Below, in pieces: positions 36,158-45,766 of a stretch of 64,000 nucleotides of DNA. The notes under the pieces were generated by a model. It was not told the DNA's origin. It was given only the letters and a program-made list of their open reading frames with translations, and did no database searches. The translations under genes and the position numbers were made by a program. Origin of the DNA: a bacterium (GTDB lineage Bacteria; Patescibacteriota; Microgenomatia; Curtissbacterales; GWA2-41-24); the NCBI GenBank assembly GCA_021813945.1, contig JAKAJD010000001.1, forward strand, positions 432,412-496,411, in the 5' to 3' direction. Each line of letters starts with the position of its first letter. The first letter of the stretch is position 1.

Positions 36158-36685
36158 TTAAAAATCAGGATCCTCGTGTTCCCTGGAAACAATTATGGCT
36201 GCGGTTCCAATTGATCGCATTCTAAGCCAATACAAAGCGCTGGCATCCGGGTTTAACATTCTATTGTCTTGCTGAGGGCTGGTACTACGCCTAAATTTTT
36301 TGAATGCATCATCTGCCAACTCGACAACAGTATCAATTTTAAAGTCACGAGCTGCTTCTCGCTCAGCATCTGTGAATTGGGGACTGTTTAACTTTAGCTG
36401 CAAACCAGTTTTAACTTGATGAAAACCTCCTGCCAACCTTTCAGCATCTTCCCATAAATTTCCCTGGGGCATCTGCGGAAAGCAGAGGGAAACCAAACCG
36501 TGGGCAATCTTTTTGGCATAATCCTCATCGATAACACCGTCTGGCACATCGCAAAGACCTAAAGTGCCCCCACCCCGGTCAAAAACGCGCTCAATTGGCA
36601 ATCCCCGACGAACGGCATAATCCAAAGCCGTAATTTCTTCGTCCAATTCGATTTCCCTACCAATTTTTTCTCTATCGGCGCTCAT
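36158..36685 (-). CDS. Hypothetical protein
   Basis: 175-aa ORF with its own TTGCCC-N17-TATAAT promoter. Confidence 0.6.
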   Translation of the reverse strand: MSADREKIGREIELDEEITALDYAVRRGLPIERVFDRGGGTLGLCDVPDGVIDEDYAKKIAHGLVSLCFPQMPQGNLWEDAERLAGGFHQVKTGLQLKLNSPQFTDAEREAARDFKIDTVVELADDAFKKFRRSTSPQQDNRMLNPDASALYWLRMRSIGTAAIIVSREHEDPDF

Positions 36686-36778
36686 AAATCCGTTAAAAAG
36701 CGGCCTTGTGGTCGCAAAATGAACGGAAATTATAGCAAATTTAGGAATTTAGGGCAAGTTTGAATTATAAGAAAAAAA

Positions 36779-37207
36779 CTAAATTTCGCCCCTTGCCATT
36801 TTACCTTTTACAATCTCGGCTATTTCTTTCAACCTGAACCAGTAACTAGCCACCTCGAGTTGATGGCCAACATCCGCATTGTCTTCAACCAAAGCTTGGA
36901 CTAGCGGCTCCCGATTAGCATTAAACTGGCTTTCCGGGAATTCGAGAACCCTTCCTAAAGGAATTCCTCCAAGCAGAGCGGGACTTCCTTTGAATCGATC
37001 AACTAAACTGGTAGCATTCTCGTCGTCGTCATCATCAGGCATAGATTCAAATAAATTGGCATAAAATTCAAAAATCCTGTCTTGTTCGGTATTTGCTTCT
37101 CTTAATTCAGGCGCACGGGAAGATCCGTCAGGTTGAAGCACTTGGAAGGTGCGTCGCCTCCAATCATCATTATGGGAGGAAGGATCAGGACTGGTTTCTT
37201 GAATCAT
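36779..37207 (-). CDS. Hypothetical acidic protein
   Basis: 142-aa ORF; promoter-like TAGACA...TATAAT upstream. Confidence 0.6.
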   Translation of the reverse strand: MIQETSPDPSSHNDDWRRRTFQVLQPDGSSRAPELREANTEQDRIFEFYANLFESMPDDDDDENATSLVDRFKGSPALLGGIPLGRVLEFPESQFNANREPLVQALVEDNADVGHQLEVASYWFRLKEIAEIVKGKMARGEI

Positions 37208-37328
37208 TTATAATCTTTGGGCAATTTCTGCACTTGGACTTGGCAGTCCGGCTCTTCCATAAATTTAAGGCCGTGAAAACAGCCTCAACTAAATTATAAT
37301 CCTTAGATGCAAATTGTCTAGGTAAAAA

Positions 37329-37646
37329 TCAACGTCTGACTGGATATTTTTTTTCGTTTTTTTTCATTTTAGCTTCAAATTCACGCTCTAAATCGATTTT
37401 AAATTCCTCAGCTATTAAAAGCACATTATGCAAAACGTCCGAAAGCTCTTCGGCAACTTCTCTGCCCTTTTTGGATTTTAGGTATTTACGCATCTCGGCA
37501 TCGGTTTTCCACTTAAAATGCTCCAAAAATTCGGCCGTTTCCAAAGCTAAACTAATAGCCAAATCTTTTGGCCTATGAAACTTTTTCCAGCCACGAGCGT
37601 CGCGAAAATCCCGCACGCGCTTTTGCAAGTCGGCAAGCGTTTTCAT
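37329..37646 (-). CDS. MazG-like nucleotide pyrophosphohydrolase (DCTPP1/YpjD type)
   Basis: RGWKKFHRPKDLAISL..E..E..E.F.W, EELSDV, KMKKNEKKYP. Confidence 0.88.
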   Translation of the reverse strand: MKTLADLQKRVRDFRDARGWKKFHRPKDLAISLALETAEFLEHFKWKTDAEMRKYLKSKKGREVAEELSDVLHNVLLIAEEFKIDLEREFEAKMKKNEKKYPVRR

Positions 37647-37674
37647 AAGCGAATTATACAATTTACGATTGACT

Positions 37675-38139
37675 TTATCGAGGTTTTTTTACCAGTTTTG
37701 CAACGTAGACAATTTCTCGGAGTTCCCCGTCTTCCCCTTCAATCTCGGTAATTCCTGAAAGTCTGTTAAATTCTCCAAGATAATCGGAAAGTGCCGATTG
37801 CAGCTCTTTCATCTGAGAACTTAGCGATTTAACCTTCTCCGCAATCGTAGCAACTGCCGGTCGCTTTAGAATCTCCGCTTTGGTTGCCGATTTAACCTTT
37901 TGAGCGGCCTTGGCGGCCTCTGCGTGCTCTTTATAAGTGGGGTCGCCTTCAAAAGTATCGGAAAGCATTGCCTTTTGTTCCGAAAGTTCAATTCTTAATT
38001 TATCGATTTGGGAAATATGGTTTTTGATAAGCCCTTCAAGCTGAATAATCAGATTTGCCTCATCTTTCTTTTCATTCAAACGAGCTCCGGAATCGTCAAC
38101 AATTTTTGCTGGTAGCTGCACAGGTTTTGAATCTGCCAT
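37675..38139 (-). CDS. Hypothetical coiled-coil protein
   Basis: Helical heptad pattern; TATAAT upstream. Confidence 0.65.
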   Translation of the reverse strand: MADSKPVQLPAKIVDDSGARLNEKKDEANLIIQLEGLIKNHISQIDKLRIELSEQKAMLSDTFEGDPTYKEHAEAAKAAQKVKSATKAEILKRPAVATIAEKVKSLSSQMKELQSALSDYLGEFNRLSGITEIEGEDGELREIVYVAKLVKKPR

Positions 38140-38198
38140 AAAAATAATTATTATATGGAATTTAGCCTAAAAACAAGACCTTGAAATTAAACCGGTTT

Positions 38199-39077
38199 CT
38201 ATGCAAGTTTCGTACCGCAGTTAACACAAAAAGAGCTTGAAGCACTATTTTCCTTACCGCACTTTGAACAAAACTTCGGCTTAACGGCTTTTGGCTCAGC
38301 CGCTTTTAGGCTCGGCAAGGCCGCAACCTTCTGCTCAACTTGGGCAAAATCGTTTCCTCTTAAAAGGTAAAAATGATAACCAAAAACCGCCGCTGCCACA
38401 ACTGTATAGCCAATAGGCGCCGCAAAACTCGAAAGCTGAATCCCAGTTGCTCCAAGTAAAAATGAAAGAAGTTGGTAAACAAACCATATTCCAAAAACAA
38501 TAATTATGGCCAAATTAATCCCCATCACCAGATAAAGATAGGATTTATAAGTGCGAAATGTAATTTTAAGTTCCGTCGAATCGGTTATTTTAGAAAGGTT
38601 CTCACTAATATGAAACCAGTGGAAAAACCAAATCGGCAGTGCAACTATTATCGTTGCCAGCCTAAACGCGACATCTCGAGTAAATGAATCGGAAGAATAA
38701 CTGGAATAGCTGGAATAATAACTGCGAGCAACAGTTGGAGCAGCTCCTCCCCAGTTATAGTTCAAAATCACCCTGATAAAATCCGCTATTCCGAAAAAAA
38801 GTATCCCAAGTGTAATAAATGAGAAAACAAAAAAATATCCTCTTTTGAACCCTTGGCCCACAAAATCTTCCTCCTCATTATATTCTGCATCCTCTTGGCC
38901 CCTTGTTGCAAGATAAAGAACTAAAACCACTACCCCGCCGGTTAAAAATGCCGCTAGCGGCCATAAGATAAAATTCCGGTGGGTTTTAATGCTGTCTGCC
39001 AAAATATAGACAGTTATTACGACTTCTAAAAGCAAAAAAAGCCAGGCAAAGTTGAAATATGAAAGGAATGGAAACAT
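38199..39077 (-). CDS. Multi-TM protein (DUF5671-like) with C-terminal double zinc ribbon
   Basis: ALPIWFFHW, Y.YL; CSKCG...FCVNCG. Confidence 0.7.
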   Translation of the reverse strand: MFPFLSYFNFAWLFLLLEVVITVYILADSIKTHRNFILWPLAAFLTGGVVVLVLYLATRGQEDAEYNEEEDFVGQGFKRGYFFVFSFITLGILFFGIADFIRVILNYNWGGAAPTVARSYYSSYSSYSSDSFTRDVAFRLATIIVALPIWFFHWFHISENLSKITDSTELKITFRTYKSYLYLVMGINLAIIIVFGIWFVYQLLSFLLGATGIQLSSFAAPIGYTVVAAAVFGYHFYLLRGNDFAQVEQKVAALPSLKAAEPKAVKPKFCSKCGKENSASSSFCVNCGTKLA

Positions 39078-40765
39078 TAGAAACTCGACTTTTTGCTTTC
39101 GGGTTTGGTTGCAACTTTTGTTTCTGACTCAGCAGGTTTAATCTCTGCATTTTTCTTTTTGCGAAACTTCAAAAACCAAACGATACCGACAACCTCCAAA
39201 AGTAAAACCAAAACGATAACGCCAAAAAACCTAAACGTCGAAACCTCAACCGCTGTATCCGCATTGACCGGAGTATCGTTAGCAGCATCCCTAAAAACCA
39301 AATCGTCCTGCATTTCCGCTGTTGTCATAGATCTTGAAAGCTTCGTTAAATACATCTTCTTTTTAGCTTTAACCCAAGGCGACTGGCCATCTGCAGAAAA
39401 AGCCAGTTTTTCTATTTGTTTTGGTGATACGAAAGAAGCGTAAGAAATGTTAAAGCCGGGTAGTTCCTTTTTGTGGTCAGCAAAAACATAAAGGAGTACC
39501 GTCTGAGAAGCATTTCCTCCATTTTTTAAGGTGCCTGCCCGTCCCAAAGAAGGCAAAATTTCTACAGTAAAATCTGTCGGCTTTGAACCTTCTTCAATTT
39601 GAACGCCGTCCCAATTGACAGTGTCGCCGTCCGAAAAACCGGATGCTGAAAGAGAAATGTTAACGCTAGAAGCCGGAGCGGTAAAAACAACGGCAAGCTG
39701 TTTCCAACTGCTGGCATCGGCAACGCTAACAGCACTAGACGAATAAGAGGTGGCGCCGGTTATATTTACCTTCAAAGATCCGCTTTTGGCGTCGGATTTT
39801 GCCCATGCGCTTGCAACATAAGTCTTGCCGGGTTTTAAATTCGAAGCGTAGCTCTGGGCAACAACATCTTGACCTGTTAAATTTGCACCGGTAGCTTGAA
39901 GCGAAACATTCCCATACTTTGCTGTTGAATTATCTAGACTTAAGTTCACTTTTGGATATGTATATTGAGTTCCGCCACCCGTTGGGGGCGTATATTTGCC
40001 TTGAAATACGCCATAAAAGTTTTCGACTCCTTGCTCAAACGAAAAGGCGGCAACTTTAGTAGAAGATGCACCCGAATCGATTCCCGGACCCGAAAGCTTC
40101 AGTGGGTAAATTATTCGATTTGTAGCAAACTTAATCTGAAGGGGCGTGGCATGTCCTTGAGATAAATAGTCTGATGCGGAAGAAGCGTCTGGATTGACCT
40201 TTACGGCCACAAAATACCAACCACCCGAAACGTAAGACTGGATAACATTAGTCCTGTCAGTTGGATACGGATAATTATGATTTGTTAGCCAATCTCTTAA
40301 ACCCTTATCGTCAGAAGCCGAAAGCACCGTAATATCAAAAATACCAGCAGTCTCCCCCTCGGAAATCGTTGGCGCAACCGGTGCGGTTTGCATATCCCGA
40401 AGACCGGAAGCTCCAAAAAGCGGCCCAATTGGCCCGGTATTCGTTCTATACTTGGGAACGGTCAAGTCCGCAAGAGATGTAAAAAGCTCGTCGCTCGCCT
40501 TCTCTACCGTTGGTTTGGAAGGCACCGGAATCAGCCAACCAAAATCGCTAGGGTTACCCTGAAAAACAGTCGAGATGGTAAGCGTCTCTTGGCCGTTTTC
40601 ATACCAAATAACACCCTTTTGGCCCGTTTCGGAAAACGGGTACGAAGCAATATTTGGATCTCTAACAGGACTTGAAGGGTTAACCAACTCAAGAGATGCG
40701 AAAACCGGAATGGGTGCAAGAACCAGCACCAACAAAAAGACTAATGTGGCAAGACTTTTTCTCAC
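39077..40765 (-). CDS. DUF2330-like surface protein with inserted carbohydrate-binding-like module and C-terminal TM
   Basis: Signal peptide, FGWLIPVP, L..WL...Y, GWYFVA.K, YPLKLS; FSFE...GKTYVASAWAK...WDGVQIEEG insert. Confidence 0.7.
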   Translation of the reverse strand: MRKSLATLVFLLVLVLAPIPVFASLELVNPSSPVRDPNIASYPFSETGQKGVIWYENGQETLTISTVFQGNPSDFGWLIPVPSKPTVEKASDELFTSLADLTVPKYRTNTGPIGPLFGASGLRDMQTAPVAPTISEGETAGIFDITVLSASDDKGLRDWLTNHNYPYPTDRTNVIQSYVSGGWYFVAVKVNPDASSASDYLSQGHATPLQIKFATNRIIYPLKLSGPGIDSGASSTKVAAFSFEQGVENFYGVFQGKYTPPTGGGTQYTYPKVNLSLDNSTAKYGNVSLQATGANLTGQDVVAQSYASNLKPGKTYVASAWAKSDAKSGSLKVNITGATSYSSSAVSVADASSWKQLAVVFTAPASSVNISLSASGFSDGDTVNWDGVQIEEGSKPTDFTVEILPSLGRAGTLKNGGNASQTVLLYVFADHKKELPGFNISYASFVSPKQIEKLAFSADGQSPWVKAKKKMYLTKLSRSMTTAEMQDDLVFRDAANDTPVNADTAVEVSTFRFFGVIVLVLLLEVVGIVWFLKFRKKKNAEIKPAESETKVATKPESKKSSF

Positions 40766-40814
40766 CTTAACTCCATTATAGAAACAAACTAGCCGAAAAA
40801 ACAAAGGACAGAAA

Positions 40815-40827
40815 AAGGTCAGGCTTT
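40815..40827. repeat. Single degenerate copy of the 13-bp repeat
   Basis: AAGGTCAGGCTTT, intergenic. Confidence 0.55.
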
Positions 40828-40872
40828 ACGAAAGCCAAGCAATCGAACTTTAATCGCTTATTCAATTGAAAT

Positions 40873-41388
40873 TTACCGGACGTGCGGACCTTTGGCCCTA
40901 TCCCGAGCCACATCTACAATCCAACCTGCCAAGGGTTCCAAAAAAGTTGCCTCAGCATCATGAATATTCGGCGCTAAATGAGAAAATTTGTCTACTAAAT
41001 GATGGTTTTTGAATAACCGGCCAACAACAACCTTGCCTCCTTCAGTAAGAACTTGGGCTGCATGCGGTCCTTTCCTTACAGCTTCAATAGCTGATTTAGC
41101 AAGAGGAGGGCCAACTTCAAGATAAAACGACGGTTTTCCGGCAACAGCCGCTTTTTGCAAAATCACAGAAACTCTGCTCCCAGTCTCAGGATTCAGACCC
41201 AGCCTGCTGAAAAGGATCTTTACGTCATGAGGAGCTCGATGCATTTCCCCCCAAGTTAACTCGAATGTTTCAGTCAGCTCATTACTACGCTTTGATTTAG
41301 GCCTTAACCTCCAGAGCTCGTGCAATTTATTTCCGGTTCGCGAAACTAAGGTTTCGGGGCCTCCTTGTTGGACTGTTTCGTGGCTCAT
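40873..41388 (-). CDS. Hypothetical protein
   Basis: TTGACA-N18-TATCAT 8 nt before ATG. Confidence 0.55.
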   Translation of the reverse strand: MSHETVQQGGPETLVSRTGNKLHELWRLRPKSKRSNELTETFELTWGEMHRAPHDVKILFSRLGLNPETGSRVSVILQKAAVAGKPSFYLEVGPPLAKSAIEAVRKGPHAAQVLTEGGKVVVGRLFKNHHLVDKFSHLAPNIHDAEATFLEPLAGWIVDVARDRAKGPHVR

Positions 41389-41484
41389 AGTAGTAAATGA
41401 TAAATTAACTGGCAATATTATGTCAAGAAGATTATTGGACTGAAAAAAGTTCTATATTTGGCACCAAAACTATATAATGCCCTT

Positions 41485-41844
41485 ATGAAACCATTTTCTA
41501 TTGCTGCAAACTGGATTATTTCCGCACTTGCTCTTTTAGTTGTTTCCCGATACGTTCCTGGATTTCATGTTAACTCGTTTACAACGGCGTTGGTTGTGGC
41601 AATCGGGCTGGGCATAATAAATGCCCTCATAAAACCGATTATTCTGATTCTAACCCTTCCCATAAATATTCTCACTCTTGGTTTATTTACTTTTGTCATA
41701 AACGCATTACTTCTGCTTTTAGTGGCCAAATTAGTTCCAGGCTTTACAATAGACGGTTTCATTCCCGCATTAATTGGCGCAGTTGTCCTCTGGCTAATAT
41801 CAACAATCGTGCATTTGGTACCGTTCCCTGTTAAAGCAGCCTAA
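41485..41844 (+). CDS. 4-TM holin-like membrane protein (YvlD/DUF360 family)
   Basis: GIINALIKPIILILTLPINILTLGLFTFVINA. Confidence 0.88.
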   Translation: MKPFSIAANWIISALALLVVSRYVPGFHVNSFTTALVVAIGLGIINALIKPIILILTLPINILTLGLFTFVINALLLLLVAKLVPGFTIDGFIPALIGAVVLWLISTIVHLVPFPVKAA

Positions 41845-41892
41845 AACTCTTGCGCTGGTCTGATATAATTTTTCTGCTACTCCTGTCCTCTT

Positions 41893-42435
41893 TTGATGAA
41901 CAATCTTAAAATCGCGATACTAATTTCCATAATTACTATTCTGGCGCTAGGTGGATTCTATTATCTTTACACGAAAAACCTCCAAAAAACCAAGAAGGCT
42001 AACGTAGAGCAAGCTCAAACTTCTCAGTCAAATTTTCCTTCTGCTTCCGCATCTGCAAGCCCAGTTGAAAACACCCAAGAAACCCAAACAAAATTTCCCT
42101 CGACACAACCTGAAACCGGCACAGCCCAAATACAAGTGCAAGGAGAGGGAATTCAAATTGAATCGCCGGCAAACGGAGCACAAATTACCTCGCCGGTAAC
42201 TATAACTGGAGCCGCCAACGTACCAAACGGGCTTGTTGTTGAGGTTAAAGACGCAAACGGCCAAATACTTGGTATTCGCAAAGCTGAAGCATGTTTCGGT
42301 TATAATGCTTGTCCTTTTTTCACCTCAGTGGTTTTTTCCAGCCCTGCAACTGCCAACGGGCAAATCACAGTTTATAGTCCTTCGCTTTCAGGCGATGCTC
42401 CGGAATATACCCAAACCGTTCCCGTCACATTTTAA
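41893..42435 (+). CDS. Membrane-anchored protein with Gmad2-like Ig domain
   Basis: TM, S/T/Q linker, IESPANGAQITSPVTITGAA...VEVKDANG. Confidence 0.65.
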   Translation: MMNNLKIAILISIITILALGGFYYLYTKNLQKTKKANVEQAQTSQSNFPSASASASPVENTQETQTKFPSTQPETGTAQIQVQGEGIQIESPANGAQITSPVTITGAANVPNGLVVEVKDANGQILGIRKAEACFGYNACPFFTSVVFSSPATANGQITVYSPSLSGDAPEYTQTVPVTF

Positions 42436-42479
42436 ATTTCTCCCAAAGTTCCGATTAGCTAGTGTACAATAAGCCTTGT

Positions 42480-43964
42480 ATGGCAACACCAAAAGACATA
42501 GAAGATGTCAAAAAAAGCGCTTCGGTGTTTGTAATTTTTGGTGCAACCGGGGACCTTTCCAGAAGAAAAATTTTCCCTTCTTTTTTCGAACTATCGAAGA
42601 ATAGTCTCCTTCCAGAAAAATTCAAAATAATAGCTTGTGCCAGGTCAAAATTCACCTCAAGCGATTTTACAGATAGTTTAAAAGAGTTAATCAATCCAAA
42701 AGATCCAAAGTCTTGGGAGGCTTTTGCCAAAAAAATCGAATATGTTTCCGCCGATGTCGAAAAAAATATCGATCTGCCAAAAGTTTCTGCCGCAATTTCA
42801 AAATTCGAAGATGCCGCCCAAGTTTGCCCCCAGCAAATCTTCTACATGGCAATTTCGCCTTTTATTTTTAAAGAGTCTATCAAAAACCTCGGCAAAAATA
42901 AACTTAATTTAGGTTGTTCCCGCCACCCAAAGCGAGCAAGAATAGTAATCGAAAAGCCTTTTGGATTCGATCTAAAATCAGCTTTAGAGCTAGACGCCCA
43001 ACTTCACGAACTTTTTGAGGAAAACCACATCTACAGAATCGACCATTTCTTAGGCAAAGAAACTGTCCAGAATATTTTTGCCTTCCGCTTTGGCAATGAA
43101 CTTTTCGAACCAATTTGGAACAACCTTTATGTAGACAACGTGCAGATAACTGCAGCTGAACGCATAGGCATTGAAAGACGGGGCGAGTACTACGACAAAA
43201 CAGGAGCCCTTCGCGACTTCATCCAAAACCATCTCCTGCAGCTTTTGGCAATAACTACCATGGAAATGCCTGGGAAATTTGACCACAACCACATCCGTGA
43301 CAAAAAACTGGAAATAATAAAAAGCATCAAAAAATTAACAGCAGATGAAGTTGTTTCATCAACAGTTCGAGGCCAATATGAGGGATATCGCCAAGAAGAA
43401 AAGGTTGACCCGAACTCCCAAACCGAAACCTATGCAATGGTTAAGTTTGAAATCGAAAACAAAAGATGGCAAGGAGTCCCCTTTTATCTTCGGACTGGAA
43501 AACACCTAGAGGGTAAAGTTTCTTCTATTATCTTTTCTTTCAAAGAAAAAGGCCACAAATTTTTCGAAAATTTCTGGGACAGGTCCATGCCAAACCATAT
43601 AACCTTGCAAATTCAGCCAAACGAAGGAATCGGCATACGCCTAGTTGCAAAAAAGCCCGGCTTAACAACTGCGCTTGAACCGGTCGACATGGAATTTTGC
43701 TACAGGACATCTTTTGATACACCGCAACCGGACGCGTACGAAAGGCTTTTGATGGATATTATGATTGGTGACCAGACGCTATTTTTGGGCGATGTCACCG
43801 AAAGCTGGAAGCTCATTGACCCTATCGAGGAAGTTTGGCAAAGCGGCAAACCGCCACTCCACATTTACAAACACGGTTCTTGGGGACCCGAAGCTGCTGA
43901 CGAGTTTATCAAAAAAGAAGGCAGCGAGTGGCTTGCGCCTCTTCTCACAATCTGCAAAATCTAG
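42480..43964 (+). CDS. zwf: Glucose-6-phosphate 1-dehydrogenase
   Basis: GATGDL, EKPFG, RIDHFLGKE, QNHLLQ, RTGK. Confidence 0.96.
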   Translation: MATPKDIEDVKKSASVFVIFGATGDLSRRKIFPSFFELSKNSLLPEKFKIIACARSKFTSSDFTDSLKELINPKDPKSWEAFAKKIEYVSADVEKNIDLPKVSAAISKFEDAAQVCPQQIFYMAISPFIFKESIKNLGKNKLNLGCSRHPKRARIVIEKPFGFDLKSALELDAQLHELFEENHIYRIDHFLGKETVQNIFAFRFGNELFEPIWNNLYVDNVQITAAERIGIERRGEYYDKTGALRDFIQNHLLQLLAITTMEMPGKFDHNHIRDKKLEIIKSIKKLTADEVVSSTVRGQYEGYRQEEKVDPNSQTETYAMVKFEIENKRWQGVPFYLRTGKHLEGKVSSIIFSFKEKGHKFFENFWDRSMPNHITLQIQPNEGIGIRLVAKKPGLTTALEPVDMEFCYRTSFDTPQPDAYERLLMDIMIGDQTLFLGDVTESWKLIDPIEEVWQSGKPPLHIYKHGSWGPEAADEFIKKEGSEWLAPLLTICKI

Positions 43965-43969
43965 AGGTT

Positions 43970-44092
43970 AAGGCCAGGCCTTAACTTTTGATCATTCTAT
44001 TTAAAAGGCCTGGCCTTCTGCGCAGATAATTCATTTCCCAACAAAGGCCTGACCTTGGAGGCTAAAGGTGGCAAGTTAGCACGGTAAATTAG
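43970..44092. repeat. Three copies of the 13-bp repeat (one doublet spaced 22 nt) between convergent zwf and gnd
   Basis: AAGGCCAGGCCTT 43970, AAGGCCTGGCCTT 44005, AAGGCCTGACCTT 44044 plus flank homologous to 32443-32476. Confidence 0.85.
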
Positions 44093-44103
44093 CAAAATGG
44101 AAG

Positions 44104-45033
44104 CTACTTTTTCTTGACAGGATGTCCGCCGAAGGCAATTCTAAGCGACCCAACTAAACGAGCCGCAAATGACCTTTGAATTTTTTCATCTATCTCCGAT
44201 TCCCGCCTTATCTCTAAAGACCTTTTAATAATTTCTATTGGTAAGTCATTTTTCTTTGCATAATCAACAGTCCAAACAGTCTCACCCGAAGCGCTGCCAA
44301 TAACTCCTGCAACCTGCTCCATTTGGGGGTCATTTTCTAACGCCTCAATAGTTCTCTCCATCATAAACCCGGAAATCAGTGTCCCTTTCTGGTAAAGCCT
44401 GCTCACCTTTTCCAGATCCAATTTATAAGGCGCTTTTTCCAAAACCCCAAAACCTTCACCAATTGCCTGCATGTAGCCGTACTCAATTGCGTTATGGACC
44501 ATTTTGACAAAATGCCCGGCGCCGCTTTCACCAAAATAATCATAACCACCATGAGGTTTTGCCAAGGAATCTAAAATGGGACGAATGTGCTCAAATGCAG
44601 ATTTATCTCCGCCAGCCATCATCGGATAACCTTCCGTCGCAGCAATCAACCCCCCGGAAACTCCGATCCCCAAAAACCTTACATTTTTCTCCTTAAACTT
44701 TTTGGCTTCTTCTTCTGTATCTGAAAATTTCGAATTTCCTCCATCAACCGCTACATCGTTAGCATCTACATATTTCCTAACCTCAGCCAAAACCTCTTTC
44801 GTTGCATCACCAGCCGGCACCATTGACCAAACAACTCGCGGAGCTTCAAGTCCTTTGACTAAATCTTCAATGGAGTCCGCTGAACCCAATTTCCAGTCTG
44901 GTTTTGAATCTTTTTTCAGCTCATCAACCTTAGTTGATGTCCTATTCCAAACCACAACCTCATGACCTTCACTAAGAAGCTTTATAACCATCCTATTTCC
45001 CATTTTGCCAAGTCCAATAAATCCTATTTTCAT
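44104..45033 (-). CDS. gnd: 6-phosphogluconate dehydrogenase, short-chain type
   Basis: GLGKMG, DGGNS, GVSGG, GHFVKMVHNAIEY, FGGH. Confidence 0.93.
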   Translation of the reverse strand: MKIGFIGLGKMGNRMVIKLLSEGHEVVVWNRTSTKVDELKKDSKPDWKLGSADSIEDLVKGLEAPRVVWSMVPAGDATKEVLAEVRKYVDANDVAVDGGNSKFSDTEEEAKKFKEKNVRFLGIGVSGGLIAATEGYPMMAGGDKSAFEHIRPILDSLAKPHGGYDYFGESGAGHFVKMVHNAIEYGYMQAIGEGFGVLEKAPYKLDLEKVSRLYQKGTLISGFMMERTIEALENDPQMEQVAGVIGSASGETVWTVDYAKKNDLPIEIIKRSLEIRRESEIDEKIQRSFAARLVGSLRIAFGGHPVKKK

Positions 45034-45068
45034 AACTTTGTTAAGTTTACAATTTTTAAATTTTTATT

Positions 45069-45094
45069 TATAGTTTTGACTTTTGAATTTTGAC
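45069..45094. repeat. 7-bp-period tract (TTTTGAY)
   Basis: ttttgac ttttgaa ttttgac; 17 nt identical to 56860-56876. Confidence 0.6.
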
Positions 45095-45766
45095 TTAAAT
45101 CTGTATATCAGTTATTAAATACGATTTTATCTTACTTTTTCTATAAAAAATCGCAGGGTATTTTTGCATATCATTTTCCTTCTCATCGAGCATAATCTTA
45201 ACCGCCTCACGCTTTGCAGCACCAAACATCATAACCACAAATCCCGTAAATTCGCCAAGCGCCCTCATCGTAATTGTAATTCTTAAAGGAAATTTATCCT
45301 CAACTTCTTCCGCTTCCACAAAATTAGGACTTTTAGCAGCGACACTATATGGGAAAATCCCTGCCGTGTGCAGATTATCGCCGACTCCCATCACGCCTAC
45401 TTTATTTTTAAACATTGAAAAAAGCTGTTCGATATCCTTCTCGTAACTTTTTGCCGTTTCCAAAAAGTCTTCTCCTCTTAAAACTTTATGCGATTCAACA
45501 CACTTTTCGTCTACAAAATCCTTAACTCCTGCGTTTTTCATCAAAAGCTCGTTGCTATTTTCGTGAAATGGCTCACCGTATCTTTCGTCTACAACACAAA
45601 TCGCACCGGGCACAACATCGCCGGGTCCAACAAGCATCACGCCATAATCCATTGAGGTCCCGCCCGAAAGCGCCAAAAGCGTTTCTCCGTTTACAATTTT
45701 TTTGAGAATGTCATGCGCCTTTCGCTGTCCCTCATCCCGATCTTTAACTTTGACAACATCTATCAC
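45095..45766 (-). CDS. pgl: 6-phosphogluconolactonase-like protein
   Basis: LSGGTS, VDERY, GVG...HTAGIFP, RIT; next to gnd. Confidence 0.75.
   Translation of the reverse strand: MIDVVKVKDRDEGQRKAHDILKKIVNGETLLALSGGTSMDYGVMLVGPGDVVPGAICVVDERYGEPFHENSNELLMKNAGVKDFVDEKCVESHKVLRGEDFLETAKSYEKDIEQLFSMFKNKVGVMGVGDNLHTAGIFPYSVAAKSPNFVEAEEVEDKFPLRITITMRALGEFTGFVVMMFGAAKREAVKIMLDEKENDMQKYPAIFYRKSKIKSYLITDIQI

Noticed and set aside
41405-41430. dif-like sequence (TTATGTCAAG)
   Set aside because: Poor XerC arm; better explained as the TTGACA -35 of the - strand gene.
41485-41844. Holin as evidence of a prophage
   Set aside because: YvlD-type 4-TM family is commonly chromosomal; no phage genes nearby.
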